Shown here piece by piece: positions 46,462-55,539 of a DNA stretch of 64,000 bases. The notes under the pieces are model-generated. The model was not told the DNA's origin. It was given only the letters and a program-made list of their open reading frames with translations, and did not search any database. Position numbers and translations under genes: made by a program. This stretch comes from a virus (taxonomy: Duplodnaviria > Caudoviricetes), in IMG/VR virus record IMGVR_UViG_3300025867_000005; one strand, 5' to 3'. How positions within the stretch are numbered: the first letter of the stretch is position 1; each line of letters opens with the position of its first letter.

Positions 46462-47070
46462 ATGACAAAAGAAGAATTGAAAGAAAGTATAGAAACGAGA
46501 ATAAGGTCAAATCAAGTTTACAAGAAAGAGATCAAAGAGAAAGAGGATTTGATTGTCGGTAATACAGAAAGATTGAATGTTGTCAGAACGCTTTTCAACA
46601 CGATTGAAGATTTGAGTCTTAATAAACGGAATCTGTACAAAAACAGGATAGAGACAGTCGTTACAGAAGTTTTGAAAACGTTATACGGAGAAGAATACAG
46701 TTTTGAAATGTCTTACGGAGACAAGAACAACAGATCGTTTCTGGATATCGAAGTCAAGAAGCAATACGGAGACTATGCCGTTAAAAGGGATATGTCGGGA
46801 CACGGTGGCGGGATTTCAGACAGTATCAGCATCCCTTTACGTGTGCTTATTCTTAAAGGAAGTCAGGATGTCGGGGATATCTTGTTTCTAGACGAAGCCT
46901 ACAAACATGTCGATACCAGCATTTCAGAGAATGTCGGTCTGTTTTTGCGTCAGCTTTGCGAGAAGATGCAGATGCAGATTATCATGCTGAGCCACAACGA
47001 AGATATTCTTCAACAAGCGGAACGGGGATTCTATTTGGAAAACAGAAACGGGAAAGTCTATATCCGTTAA
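46462..47070 (+). CDS. SbcC/Rad50-like ABC ATPase, C-terminal half
   Basis: Coiled coil, signature-like HGGG, Walker B LFLDEAYKHVD, H-loop QIIMLSH; no Walker A. Confidence 0.8.
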   Translation: MTKEELKESIETRIRSNQVYKKEIKEKEDLIVGNTERLNVVRTLFNTIEDLSLNKRNLYKNRIETVVTEVLKTLYGEEYSFEMSYGDKNNRSFLDIEVKKQYGDYAVKRDMSGHGGGISDSISIPLRVLILKGSQDVGDILFLDEAYKHVDTSISENVGLFLRQLCEKMQMQIIMLSHNEDILQQAERGFYLENRNGKVYIR

Positions 47071-47102
47071 ACACATGCTTTGTTCTGTTGAAAGGGAAAA
47101 AT

Positions 47103-48377
47103 ATGTCAGAAGAAAATTACGAAGGTTGTTACGGACCGAAATTGACTGTTTCAGGAATCATCGAAAAACTCATACAGGCATTCGCTTCAGATACCGAAGC
47201 CGAAGAAAAGAGATCAGGAGAACGGTTTTCTACAGTTATCTGGGGTCGAGCGGGAATAGGGAAAACAAGTCTTGTCAGAAGTCTTCAAAACCGAGAAGTT
47301 TCTTACAGGGGCAATACCTATCAGGGTTACAAAATAGTTTTTGTTCCTCTTGCCGATATCGAGGAAGTCGGGGATATCATCGGCATGCCGGAAAGACATG
47401 TCTGTGTTTCAAACGGACAGAAAGAAAAATGGGTACCGGAATCCTGTATCGGGATTTATACGGAAAAATTCGGATATTCGCTTTTGCCGGACAAGGGTGT
47501 CAAACAATTCGTTGCCCCTCCTGAATGGGTGCCGGTTCCGGATTCCGAAGGTTATGCCGAACCGACTGTTATTCTCGTAGATGATTTCAACCGTGCGAAT
47601 TTACGGGTATTGAAAGCCTGTATGCCTTTATTCCAGACATATGCAACAATCGGATGGAAACTTCCAAAAGGATGCCATATCGTACTTACAGGGAATCCCA
47701 GCCAGCAGGATTATCAAGTTACGGATATCGATCCCGCGATATTGACAAGAATGAGGCACATCACTTCCGTTTTTGATATCAAGGAATGGATCAATTGGGC
47801 AGATACGGCAGGTCTTGACAAGAATCTTTTGGGGTTCTGCGCCTATTATCCTGAAATGATGTTCGGTAAGCTTCTTACCAACCCGAGGACGATTTCAGAA
47901 GCCTTCCGTTTGCTTAAAACCAACGGATTGTCTACGGAATGTGTGGATGAAAGAAAATTGAAGAACCTGAAAGATTCACTCCTTATGCTTGTCGATGAAG
48001 ATTTTGTGAATGCTTTTGTTTCTTATGTGGTTTCAGGAGATAATATTTTCTTGAGTCCTGAAGACATTCTTTCTGATTCTGTATCAACAAAGAAGAAGAT
48101 CAGCAAGTTGTTGACAGGAAGCGTCAAGAGGTTGGATATCATCAGCATCTTTTCTAGCCGTCTTGTCAGAAATATTTGTTCTGAAACCATCGAGTTTACA
48201 GAAGAAAAGGCAGTAAACTTCCATTCTTTCCTGTTTGAATCTGGATTGCCGCAGGATATCGTCATGTCGGCGCTACTTGAAATGAATAGTCCACAAAACC
48301 TTCTGCCTTGTTTACCTTGGATGAATAACCCTTCTTTCTCTTTTCTCATGTCTGAATATTATTCATCAAAGGCATAG
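47103..48377 (+). CDS. MoxR-like AAA+ ATPase
   Basis: WGRAGIGKT, GDIIGMP, ILVDDFNRA, TGNP, DPAILTR and NPRT motifs. Confidence 0.88.
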   Translation: MSEENYEGCYGPKLTVSGIIEKLIQAFASDTEAEEKRSGERFSTVIWGRAGIGKTSLVRSLQNREVSYRGNTYQGYKIVFVPLADIEEVGDIIGMPERHVCVSNGQKEKWVPESCIGIYTEKFGYSLLPDKGVKQFVAPPEWVPVPDSEGYAEPTVILVDDFNRANLRVLKACMPLFQTYATIGWKLPKGCHIVLTGNPSQQDYQVTDIDPAILTRMRHITSVFDIKEWINWADTAGLDKNLLGFCAYYPEMMFGKLLTNPRTISEAFRLLKTNGLSTECVDERKLKNLKDSLLMLVDEDFVNAFVSYVVSGDNIFLSPEDILSDSVSTKKKISKLLTGSVKRLDIISIFSSRLVRNICSETIEFTEEKAVNFHSFLFESGLPQDIVMSALLEMNSPQNLLPCLPWMNNPSFSFLMSEYYSSKA

Positions 48378-48395
48378 ATCTTTCATTTTACCCTA

Positions 48396-48424
48396 TTGAC
48401 AGGAAGCCGGCGGTATGATAAAGT
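48396..48424 (+). promoter_or_regulatory. Sigma70-type promoter TTGACA-N17-TAAAGT
   Basis: Perfect -35, upstream of the cell-wall hydrolase. Confidence 0.75.
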
Positions 48425-48457
48425 ATTCACATAACTTAAACACAAAAGGAATCTGTT

Positions 48458-48880
48458 ATGTTGAAGAAAATCATGTTCGTTGTTATTATGTCAGTAGTTT
48501 CCGCATATGCAGCTCCGATTGATGATTTAGCCAAAACCTTGTATCATGAAGCCCGTGGAGAAGGGGAAACGGGAATCCGTGCCGTTGCCAGCATCATCGT
48601 CAACCGCGCAAAGAAAGACGGAGCCGTTACCCCTGTTGCATTGTCGAAAGTTGTCCGTCAGAAGTATCAATTCAGTTGTTGGAACGGACAAACCAATTTG
48701 AAAACAGGAAAAGGCCAGTCTTGGTTGGTTTGCCGGATGGTTGCAGGAGAAATGGTAAACGGGCAATTCAAATCCGTTCACAATTACACGCATTACTACG
48801 CCTTTCGGAACTGCAATCCTAAATGGGCAAAAGGCAAGAGTAAAATGGTTATCGGTAATCATGCTTTCCTGAATCCTTAA
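48458..48880 (+). CDS. SleB/Hydrolase_2-family cell-wall hydrolase with signal peptide
   Basis: LYHEARGE, AVASIIVNR, YQFSCWN, THYY and IGNHAF motifs. Confidence 0.92.
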   Translation: MLKKIMFVVIMSVVSAYAAPIDDLAKTLYHEARGEGETGIRAVASIIVNRAKKDGAVTPVALSKVVRQKYQFSCWNGQTNLKTGKGQSWLVCRMVAGEMVNGQFKSVHNYTHYYAFRNCNPKWAKGKSKMVIGNHAFLNP

Positions 48881-48928
48881 GAAGAAAACAATGAAAATCT
48901 ATGATTTTCATTATAAAAAGGGGTAAAT

Positions 48929-49747
48929 GTGCAAAAAATTTTGGCGATGTCAGACCTGCACCTTAATTTCGGTATAAATCCAGGTGTCAGGCGTAAATTT
49001 TTTAATCAGATCAAGGGATCAAATTCCCCGATTATCATTGCAGGGGATATCGGCGACGGTCATTCTCTTCGTAATAATCTAGAAGAATTGGCATCAGCTT
49101 GTCAATCTTCTGTCTATTTCATAACAGGCAATCATGATTATTACCATTCTGGTTTTGAAGAAATAACGAATATTATCAGAAAAACCGTAAGCGAAAATCC
49201 AAATCTTGTCTATTTGACAGATTCAGGCATCATCAGCCTAGACACGGATACCTGTGTTGTCGGGGTTGATTCTTGGTATGATGCCAAAATTGTTCCAGAA
49301 GGGGCATATCTACCAATGATTATGAATGATTTCCGTTATATCAAAGAACTATGCCTGTTCTACAAAAGTGAATCAGAAGTCGTTAAGACTTTTCAAGACA
49401 GGGCTGAAACGGCATTGGAAGATTTGAAGACAAGGCTTTCTAAAGCTGTAAAGAGATACAAAAACGTTATCGTCGTCAGTCATCCAGTGCCTTTCGGTTG
49501 CATGGATACTAAAAAGAGTAGTGACGCCGCTCCGTTTTATGTATGGTATAAGGCGGGTATGTTCATTGCTGATTTCGCAAAAGACCATCAGGAAACAAAA
49601 TTTTTATGGATTTGCGGTCATACTCACGAAAGATCAGAATGGCATAACGAGAATCTGGATGCCTATTGCCTTGGGTCAGAATACTTTTCCCCGCGTGTAG
49701 ATGCCGTGATTACAGACTTGAAACTAGAATATCTACCGATTAAGTAG
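48929..49747 (+). CDS. Calcineurin-like metallophosphoesterase
   Basis: SDLH, AGDI, GNHDYY, VSHPVP and CGHTH motifs. Confidence 0.92.
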   Translation: MQKILAMSDLHLNFGINPGVRRKFFNQIKGSNSPIIIAGDIGDGHSLRNNLEELASACQSSVYFITGNHDYYHSGFEEITNIIRKTVSENPNLVYLTDSGIISLDTDTCVVGVDSWYDAKIVPEGAYLPMIMNDFRYIKELCLFYKSESEVVKTFQDRAETALEDLKTRLSKAVKRYKNVIVVSHPVPFGCMDTKKSSDAAPFYVWYKAGMFIADFAKDHQETKFLWICGHTHERSEWHNENLDAYCLGSEYFSPRVDAVITDLKLEYLPIK

Positions 49748-49774
49748 GGTTTAAATGAAAAGGAAGGTGAAACT

Positions 49775-50575
49775 GTGTCTATAAAAAACATTACAGTCGT
49801 TATGACTGAACTCGAAAAGCATATCATCAGGGAAATTCTTATTCCGAGGATCAAGGCTTTGCCAGAAACTGAAAGTTACAAGGGAAACGCTTATGACTAT
49901 TATCTGAATCTGCTTAAAGATGAAAGCACTTTGGAAGTCATTTCGATGAAAACTTGTGGTTTCATTTACAAGACATTCTGTGGCTATCCGCAGGATATTT
50001 TGGATGATATGATGTCAGATATCGTTTCTGCCACAATTCAGGACAAAACCAACGGATACCGTAAACTCAAAAAGTCAACACACGGATTTTGGAAAGACAG
50101 ATTCGGCTTGAATCCGGAGAATTCTTCTTTCTCAACTTCATTTTCAAACGTATGCTTTCGGGCGGTTCAGACAGCGGCCAAAACACTGGAAACCAGAAAA
50201 AGACACGAAACCAATGATTTTATGATGAAAACTGAAAGAGGTGATGACCTTTCGTATATTGAAACCGTTAAGGATGACAGGAACACAGATGAAAAGACTG
50301 GGATAATGGCAGGATATGATAAGATCATCTATGAGATGTACGATTATGTTCTGAATCAGACAGACCTTGATGAAGTCTCAAAAATGATTTTCAAGGTTTG
50401 GTTTTCAAAGAAAGAAGAACGGATGGATTTTTCTGTTCCTGTACGAATGTCTTCAGAAGTATATCCTGTTGTCCGAGCTATGCTGATAGAAAAAGGGGAA
50501 AAGACATTAAGTTCTGGTTCTCTACACATCAGATGGAAACGCGCTTTCCAGAGAATCAGGGAATTCCTTGATTAA
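49775..50575 (+). CDS. Possible divergent sigma-factor-like regulator
   Basis: FSTSFSNVCFRAV resembles region 2; C-terminal ...WKRAFQRIREFL resembles the end of region 4. Weak similarity. Confidence 0.35.
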   Translation: MSIKNITVVMTELEKHIIREILIPRIKALPETESYKGNAYDYYLNLLKDESTLEVISMKTCGFIYKTFCGYPQDILDDMMSDIVSATIQDKTNGYRKLKKSTHGFWKDRFGLNPENSSFSTSFSNVCFRAVQTAAKTLETRKRHETNDFMMKTERGDDLSYIETVKDDRNTDEKTGIMAGYDKIIYEMYDYVLNQTDLDEVSKMIFKVWFSKKEERMDFSVPVRMSSEVYPVVRAMLIEKGEKTLSSGSLHIRWKRAFQRIREFLD

Positions 50576-50601
50576 AAAACCAAAGATAACGTTTTTTTGA
50601 T

Positions 50602-50637
50602 AAATCCATCCCAAATAAGGGATGGATTTCTCTTTTT
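50602..50637 (+). terminator. Intrinsic terminator overlapping a TTTTGATA motif
   Basis: AAATCCATCCC-aaataa-GGGATGGATTT followed by CTCTTTTT. Confidence 0.65.
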
Positions 50638-50651
50638 AAGAGAGGTGCGGT

Positions 50652-50906
50652 ATGGATGAAGAAGAATACAGTGATAAAAGTCTTGCAGTTATGGAATCCA
50701 TAAACCGTCAGCTTGAACAGAATTCTTTACAGGAAGGCCGACTGAATAATTTTGAAAAGATGGTTGAGGGACGGCTTCTTGAAATTGAAACTTCAATCAA
50801 GAAATACGAAAGGTTCATTTCTGAAACTTCAGGGTTCTTCACAAGGATCGGTTTTTATCTTGACGGTATTGTGATTTACTTTAAAGTAAAATTCGGCAAA
50901 AAGTGA
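50652..50906 (+). CDS. Small coiled-coil protein with hydrophobic C-terminus (lysis cassette)
   Basis: GAGGTG RBS, 84 aa. Confidence 0.55.
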   Translation: MDEEEYSDKSLAVMESINRQLEQNSLQEGRLNNFEKMVEGRLLEIETSIKKYERFISETSGFFTRIGFYLDGIVIYFKVKFGKK

Positions 50907-50915
50907 GGGCATAAA

Positions 50916-51338
50916 ATGAAAAAGATGATTACTGCGATATTGGCGATATCCGTTCCTGTACTCCTTATGGCGGCAGAAACAGAAATTGAAGTCCCTGGAG
51001 CTGTTACTGAATTGATCGGCGGGACTGTAGATAAGTTTGTGACAGGGACTTTTGTAATGTCTACCGGGTTTGTCGCAGCGGTACAGATTATTAAAAAGAT
51101 CATGGAAAAATTCAGGGTTGAAATAGGTGGCGTAAAGTCTCAGTTGCTTACTGTCGCTATCGGTATCACTTATGCCGTTATTGATACGGGAGTCTGGCAA
51201 GACGGCAATATTTCAAGCGCAGACATCGTTTCTATGACGCAGGCTGCAATCGCGGTTGTCTCAGGTGTATTCGGATACAAACTTCTTTGGAAGCAGCCTA
51301 GCGCATGTGTAAAGCCTTTAGAAAAACAGGAGAAATAA
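50916..51338 (+). CDS. Holin-like multi-pass membrane protein
   Basis: Signal-like N-terminus plus three hydrophobic segments and a basic tail. Confidence 0.55.
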   Translation: MKKMITAILAISVPVLLMAAETEIEVPGAVTELIGGTVDKFVTGTFVMSTGFVAAVQIIKKIMEKFRVEIGGVKSQLLTVAIGITYAVIDTGVWQDGNISSADIVSMTQAAIAVVSGVFGYKLLWKQPSACVKPLEKQEK

Positions 51339-51342
51339 GAAA

Positions 51343-51843
51343 ATGGAATGGATTGCGGCAATAATAGGATCTCTGGCAACGATTCTGGTTGCCGTCTTCA
51401 AATATAAGTCTGACAAGAATTCAGATGTCAAGAAACAGTTGCTTGTACAGACAGTCAAAGATTTTGAAAAGAAAATAGCAGACACGGAAACACAACTGAT
51501 ACAAGCGATGGAAAACAGTATCACCGATGTTCCGAATATCCGTATCCGTCTTATGGTTCTAAGGAAACAGCTTGTCAAAGCCAAAAAGGCGGCAGGACTT
51601 ATGTCAATCATCATTCTGTTAATGTTTTCAGGATGTAAGACACAGAACACGGTTATCATAGGAGAAAGGGTTTATATGCCGAAACCTGGGGATGTCTTGA
51701 CAGTTCCGGCGCTGAAGACTCCTGCTAAACAATGGTATCTGATAGATGATGTCGCGATGTTGAATGTATTGGGAGTCAATAAGCCGGTCATAGATAAGGA
51801 TTCTGTTACCGGAAGTGACTTTGATGCAGATCTATCTAAATAA
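51343..51843 (+). CDS. Spanin-like protein: N-terminal TM, coiled coil, internal lipobox
   Basis: MEWIAAIIGSLATILVAVF; later KKAAGLMSIIILLMFSG|C followed by a Pro-rich tail. Confidence 0.5.
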   Translation: MEWIAAIIGSLATILVAVFKYKSDKNSDVKKQLLVQTVKDFEKKIADTETQLIQAMENSITDVPNIRIRLMVLRKQLVKAKKAAGLMSIIILLMFSGCKTQNTVIIGERVYMPKPGDVLTVPALKTPAKQWYLIDDVAMLNVLGVNKPVIDKDSVTGSDFDADLSK

Positions 51844-51857
51844 GGAGTGAATCTAAA

Positions 51858-52526
51858 ATGGAACGTGAGACGCTTTACCTTTTGTTGGTGTTAATTTTAC
51901 TGTGTATTTCCTTCGTAAGTCCGTATGTTCTTTATCGTAGGATGGTAAGAATAGTAAACAAAAAACATGACTTTAATTTACCGAAACAAATGGTAGCGAA
52001 CAAACGTTCAGATGTTATCGCAAGTGAAACAAGGGTCTTAACAGGAGCTGACCGGGTGACGGTTATTCGGTTTCATAACGGCAGTGAATTCCTTCCGAAC
52101 AATCCGATATGGAAGATAACATCAGGAAGTCAGATGAAAGCTGACGGCGTTAGCTATGAAGACATTCAGGATGTCTTGGTTTCAAGAATCCCGGCGATTA
52201 TCGATCCCGTTATCACAGGAGAAACAGATTATGACGGTGTTTCAATTCCTGAATCCTGTAAGAGGTGCATAAGAAAGCTGTGTCAGGAAAGAAGTGCAAG
52301 AACCGTAAAATTCCAAGTTTCAGAAATGACAGGCTACTCAAAAATGTTTCTCCAAAAGAGAGGAACGGAAACCGCATACATCGCGACACTAAATAGTACA
52401 CAAGGTAAAATTTTCGGATTGCTGCTGGTTGAATTTTCAGATAAGAAAGAAGGAACAAAGGAAGAAGAAAAGACGGTAAAAATCATATGTGAAAGCACAG
52501 AAAAGCTTGCTTTTATCTTTGACTGA
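51858..52526 (+). CDS. Single-TM protein with GAF-like domain (T4 T-holin-like architecture)
   Basis: N-terminal TM; GADRVTVIRFHNG and IFGLLLVEF motifs. Confidence 0.55.
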   Translation: MERETLYLLLVLILLCISFVSPYVLYRRMVRIVNKKHDFNLPKQMVANKRSDVIASETRVLTGADRVTVIRFHNGSEFLPNNPIWKITSGSQMKADGVSYEDIQDVLVSRIPAIIDPVITGETDYDGVSIPESCKRCIRKLCQERSARTVKFQVSEMTGYSKMFLQKRGTETAYIATLNSTQGKIFGLLLVEFSDKKEGTKEEEKTVKIICESTEKLAFIFD

Positions 52527-52557
52527 AAATCGGATTCCAAAACCCTATTCATCAGAG

Positions 52558-53724
52558 ATGAATACGGTAGAAAAAGAAATAATCAAGGCAACGGTATCGC
52601 TTCTCAAAGAAAAGCCGCTTTACGCCCACATCTTTCAACAGCTTGAAAAAGTTTATGTTGGAAATGACCACCCGATAAAGACGATGGCTGTAGGTCTGAA
52701 TGCAGACAAGAAAAGAATCGTCTTTTATGTCAATGAAAGATATGTAGAGACAATAATGGACGATGTCGACTATCAGGAAATTGTTTGTAAGTCCATAGAG
52801 CATGAAATCATTCACCTTATCTTTAAACACATTTTTGATGATGTCAGAAACCTGAACTTAGAAAAAGTGAATATCGCAATGGATATCTCCTGTAACCAAT
52901 TCATTCCTAACCATCCAAATACCTGGTACAGTTATCATGATTTCGATTTCCCTTCAAACCGTACATGGAAATGGTATTATAACCACCTTCCAGGAGGAAA
53001 GAACGGGAAGAACGGAAAGAAAGAAAAGACAGAACATTCCCTGTGGGCGGGTTCAGAAGAAAAGACAGATGCTTCCAGTTCATCCATTACGAAAGAAATT
53101 GTAGATGCTATTATCAGACGTTCCGTAGAAGATGCCAAACAAACAGGGTACGGAAATATGAATTTCAACATTGTCCAAGAACTTGAGAAATTCATGATCC
53201 GTCCTAACAACACCCAGAATTGGAAAGCGCTCCTGCGTTCTTTCGTTGCAAACAGCACCGAAACATATTTGGAAACCACCAAGATGCGGATTTCTAAAAG
53301 ATACGGAACCCGTCCTGGTTTGATAAACAGAAGTCGGCTTAATCTAGCCTGTACAATAGACACTTCAATAAGCATATCAGACCGTCAAATTGAAAAATTT
53401 ATCAATGAAATAAACTGCATATGTAAGAATGATGTTGATGTGACGATAATCGAAGCTGACATTGACGTCCAAAACCACTATCGATATTCCGGTAAGTTTT
53501 CAACGAAAATACACGGCAGAGGTGGAACAGACTTTAACCCGGCGATCAAGTTCGTTGAAGAAAACGGATTTGACGCACATGTCTATTTTACGGATTTCAT
53601 TGCTGGTAAGGTAACAGAAAAATTCAAGACTCCGATTCTGTGGATGCTTACTGGCAAAATAGACAAAGCTTCTTATCCTTGTAAAAAGGGAAGGGTAGTC
53701 GTTATGGAGGAAAAAGATGTTTAG
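52558..53724 (+). CDS. DUF2201-like protein with HExxH metallopeptidase-like and vWA domains
   Basis: HEIIH, NIAMDISCNQ, NWKALLR, IDTSISIS, GRGGTDF and YFTD motifs. Confidence 0.88.
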   Translation: MNTVEKEIIKATVSLLKEKPLYAHIFQQLEKVYVGNDHPIKTMAVGLNADKKRIVFYVNERYVETIMDDVDYQEIVCKSIEHEIIHLIFKHIFDDVRNLNLEKVNIAMDISCNQFIPNHPNTWYSYHDFDFPSNRTWKWYYNHLPGGKNGKNGKKEKTEHSLWAGSEEKTDASSSSITKEIVDAIIRRSVEDAKQTGYGNMNFNIVQELEKFMIRPNNTQNWKALLRSFVANSTETYLETTKMRISKRYGTRPGLINRSRLNLACTIDTSISISDRQIEKFINEINCICKNDVDVTIIEADIDVQNHYRYSGKFSTKIHGRGGTDFNPAIKFVEENGFDAHVYFTDFIAGKVTEKFKTPILWMLTGKIDKASYPCKKGRVVVMEEKDV

Positions 53725-53992
53725 AATTCTCGTAACAGATGACAATCATTTCGATAGCCATGCTGGAGAAGAATGGGATGATGTAAAAGAAGTCTTAGTG
53801 AACACAAATTCCAAATTGCTTCAGGAATACGAATATCTTTTCACCGGCATGTTTCGTAGTTTGTGGAAAGAAGTGGACAAGGAAATCTATATCTTTCTTG
53901 ACGTTGGCAATCCTGTATATCTTAGCTTTTTCAATGATCTTACTGTAAAGCTTCAAGAAGAACAGATTGTGTTGACTTTGGAATTTTCATAA
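53717..53992 (+). CDS. Hypothetical protein
   Basis: GGAGG RBS, overlaps the upstream stop. Confidence 0.6.
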   Translation: MFRILVTDDNHFDSHAGEEWDDVKEVLVNTNSKLLQEYEYLFTGMFRSLWKEVDKEIYIFLDVGNPVYLSFFNDLTVKLQEEQIVLTLEFS

Positions 53993-54006
53993 AGCAAGGA
54001 GAAAAG

Positions 54007-54450
54007 ATGGCAAAAGTTAATTGGGAAGTTGAAATCGAAGCGAAAGAATTGGCGAACAAACTCATTGAAAAATATCCTGACAAGTTCGGTCATATCAACA
54101 TCGACAAAATCGGGTTCTTGAGGCATCTCAGGAAGCAAGCAGATTTACCGATCAAAATCTCTGCTGTGAAATTTCCCCATTCCGTTTGGAATGACAATAT
54201 TTACATTTTCGTGGTGATGGAGGATTGCTGGAACACTTTGGAACCAAAGCAGAAAAACATCGCGGTAGCACAGGCATTGTGTTCCTTGCATAAGGATGGT
54301 TTCGTTGAAAACAGCAAGTCCTTCGGCAAGATCGTTAAGCCGGACATTATTTCCTACATGGAACTTCTCGACATCTCAGGTAATGTTCCGAATTGGCTAC
54401 ACGACACAAGTTTTGCTGATCCTCTGAGAGGAGAAGAGAAAGAAGACTAA
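54007..54450 (+). CDS. Phage metallopeptidase-like protein lacking HExxH
   Basis: ELANKLIEKY...HI...I.FL...WNTLEPKQKNIAVAQALCSL...KPD pattern. Confidence 0.5.
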   Translation: MAKVNWEVEIEAKELANKLIEKYPDKFGHINIDKIGFLRHLRKQADLPIKISAVKFPHSVWNDNIYIFVVMEDCWNTLEPKQKNIAVAQALCSLHKDGFVENSKSFGKIVKPDIISYMELLDISGNVPNWLHDTSFADPLRGEEKED

Positions 54451-54471
54451 AGCTTACAAATAGATTTTTAT

Positions 54472-54498
54472 AGGGAGTGGAAATTTCCACTCCCTTTA
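54472..54498 (+). terminator. Palindromic hairpin, probable terminator
   Basis: AGGGAGTGGAAA-TTTCCACTCCCT, a perfect 24-bp palindrome followed by TTAA. Confidence 0.6.
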
Positions 54499-54529
54499 AT
54501 CTATATAGGAATAAAGCTTAGAGGGGAAT

Positions 54530-55261
54530 ATGACAGAACTTAAAGATGTCAAGAAATTTGTTAAAAAGAATATCGACAAAAACAAACAGAAACGTGTTAT
54601 GAAGATCAATCGGCCATTTTCAGATTCTGAACTATTGGACGTTATCAGAAGAGTAGGGAAAGGTCAGCCGATAACAGAATCTAAATACAAGAAAGATAAA
54701 GAAGAAGGAGACCCTTCTACTACTTTGTTCTGGAAACGTTTCGGAAGCTTTAACAATGCAGTCGAAATGATATACGGCAGACAGATGAAAGATATGGATT
54801 ATGATGAAGTCTACTTCGTTAATCTGATCATTGAAAGCAAGGTTAGGAATCAGAAGGAATATCTTGAAAAGAGGGAAAAGCTACCAGAACTATTCCCATC
54901 TGTAAATGTCGTAGAAAAACTGTTTAAGAATTTCACCAATCTTTTCAAGGCTGCTGAACACTTTGACATCAAGAATCAATTGATGAAATGTCTTGAAGTT
55001 AAACTTGCGATAAAGAAGGCTCCTAAAATCGAAGACTATCGGGCGGCAGGTGTAAACGTTAATATTCTTTTGCGCAAGTTTGTCTTGCTAAGCGAAATAA
55101 ACAAGCGGGTTAAATTACTGGAGGAAGGTTATGAAGTCAAGAGAGGAAATCAATTACAGACTTTTGAAGATGATGGAAAAAGCATTGAAAGAGAGACGAA
55201 AAGAGTTTTTACGCCGTTCTCCGATGAATTGCGTATTCAACGTCAAGAAAAGGATTCATGA
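54530..55261 (+). CDS. Protein with homing-endonuclease-associated helical repeats
   Basis: PSTTLFWKRFGSFNNAVE and PSVNVVEKLFKNFTNLFKAA repeats; no nuclease motif seen. Confidence 0.55.
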   Translation: MTELKDVKKFVKKNIDKNKQKRVMKINRPFSDSELLDVIRRVGKGQPITESKYKKDKEEGDPSTTLFWKRFGSFNNAVEMIYGRQMKDMDYDEVYFVNLIIESKVRNQKEYLEKREKLPELFPSVNVVEKLFKNFTNLFKAAEHFDIKNQLMKCLEVKLAIKKAPKIEDYRAAGVNVNILLRKFVLLSEINKRVKLLEEGYEVKRGNQLQTFEDDGKSIERETKRVFTPFSDELRIQRQEKDS

Positions 55262-55538
55262 TAACGGACAGATAAGCATTTGTGAAAACCAAGTGATGAC
55301 ATCTGTTTTTGATCACATCTTTATTTGTGATAATGAAGAATTCTGTAAGCAGTGTCAGCATTACAAGTGCAAGAACACAAAAGAATCGATAGAAGCCGAT
55401 TTTGAGAACATACTTAAAGATCCAAGTCTTTGTGGCAAAGCTTATCCGAAAATAGCTATGCTTAAATGGGTCATAGACGGAGAAAACGTTAAAAAGCCTA
55501 CACTCCTTAAGAGGATCGCAAATATTGTCAGGGGATAA
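55131..55538 (+). CDS. Cys-rich hypothetical protein
   Basis: GGAGGAAGG RBS; seven Cys. Confidence 0.6.
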   Translation: MKSREEINYRLLKMMEKALKERRKEFLRRSPMNCVFNVKKRIHDNGQISICENQVMTSVFDHIFICDNEEFCKQCQHYKCKNTKESIEADFENILKDPSLCGKAYPKIAMLKWVIDGENVKKPTLLKRIANIVRG

Positions 55539-55539
55539 C

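Noticed and set aside
54530-55261. Active homing endonuclease
   Set aside because: Only the associated helical repeats are present; no HNH, GIY-YIG or LAGLIDADG motif was seen.
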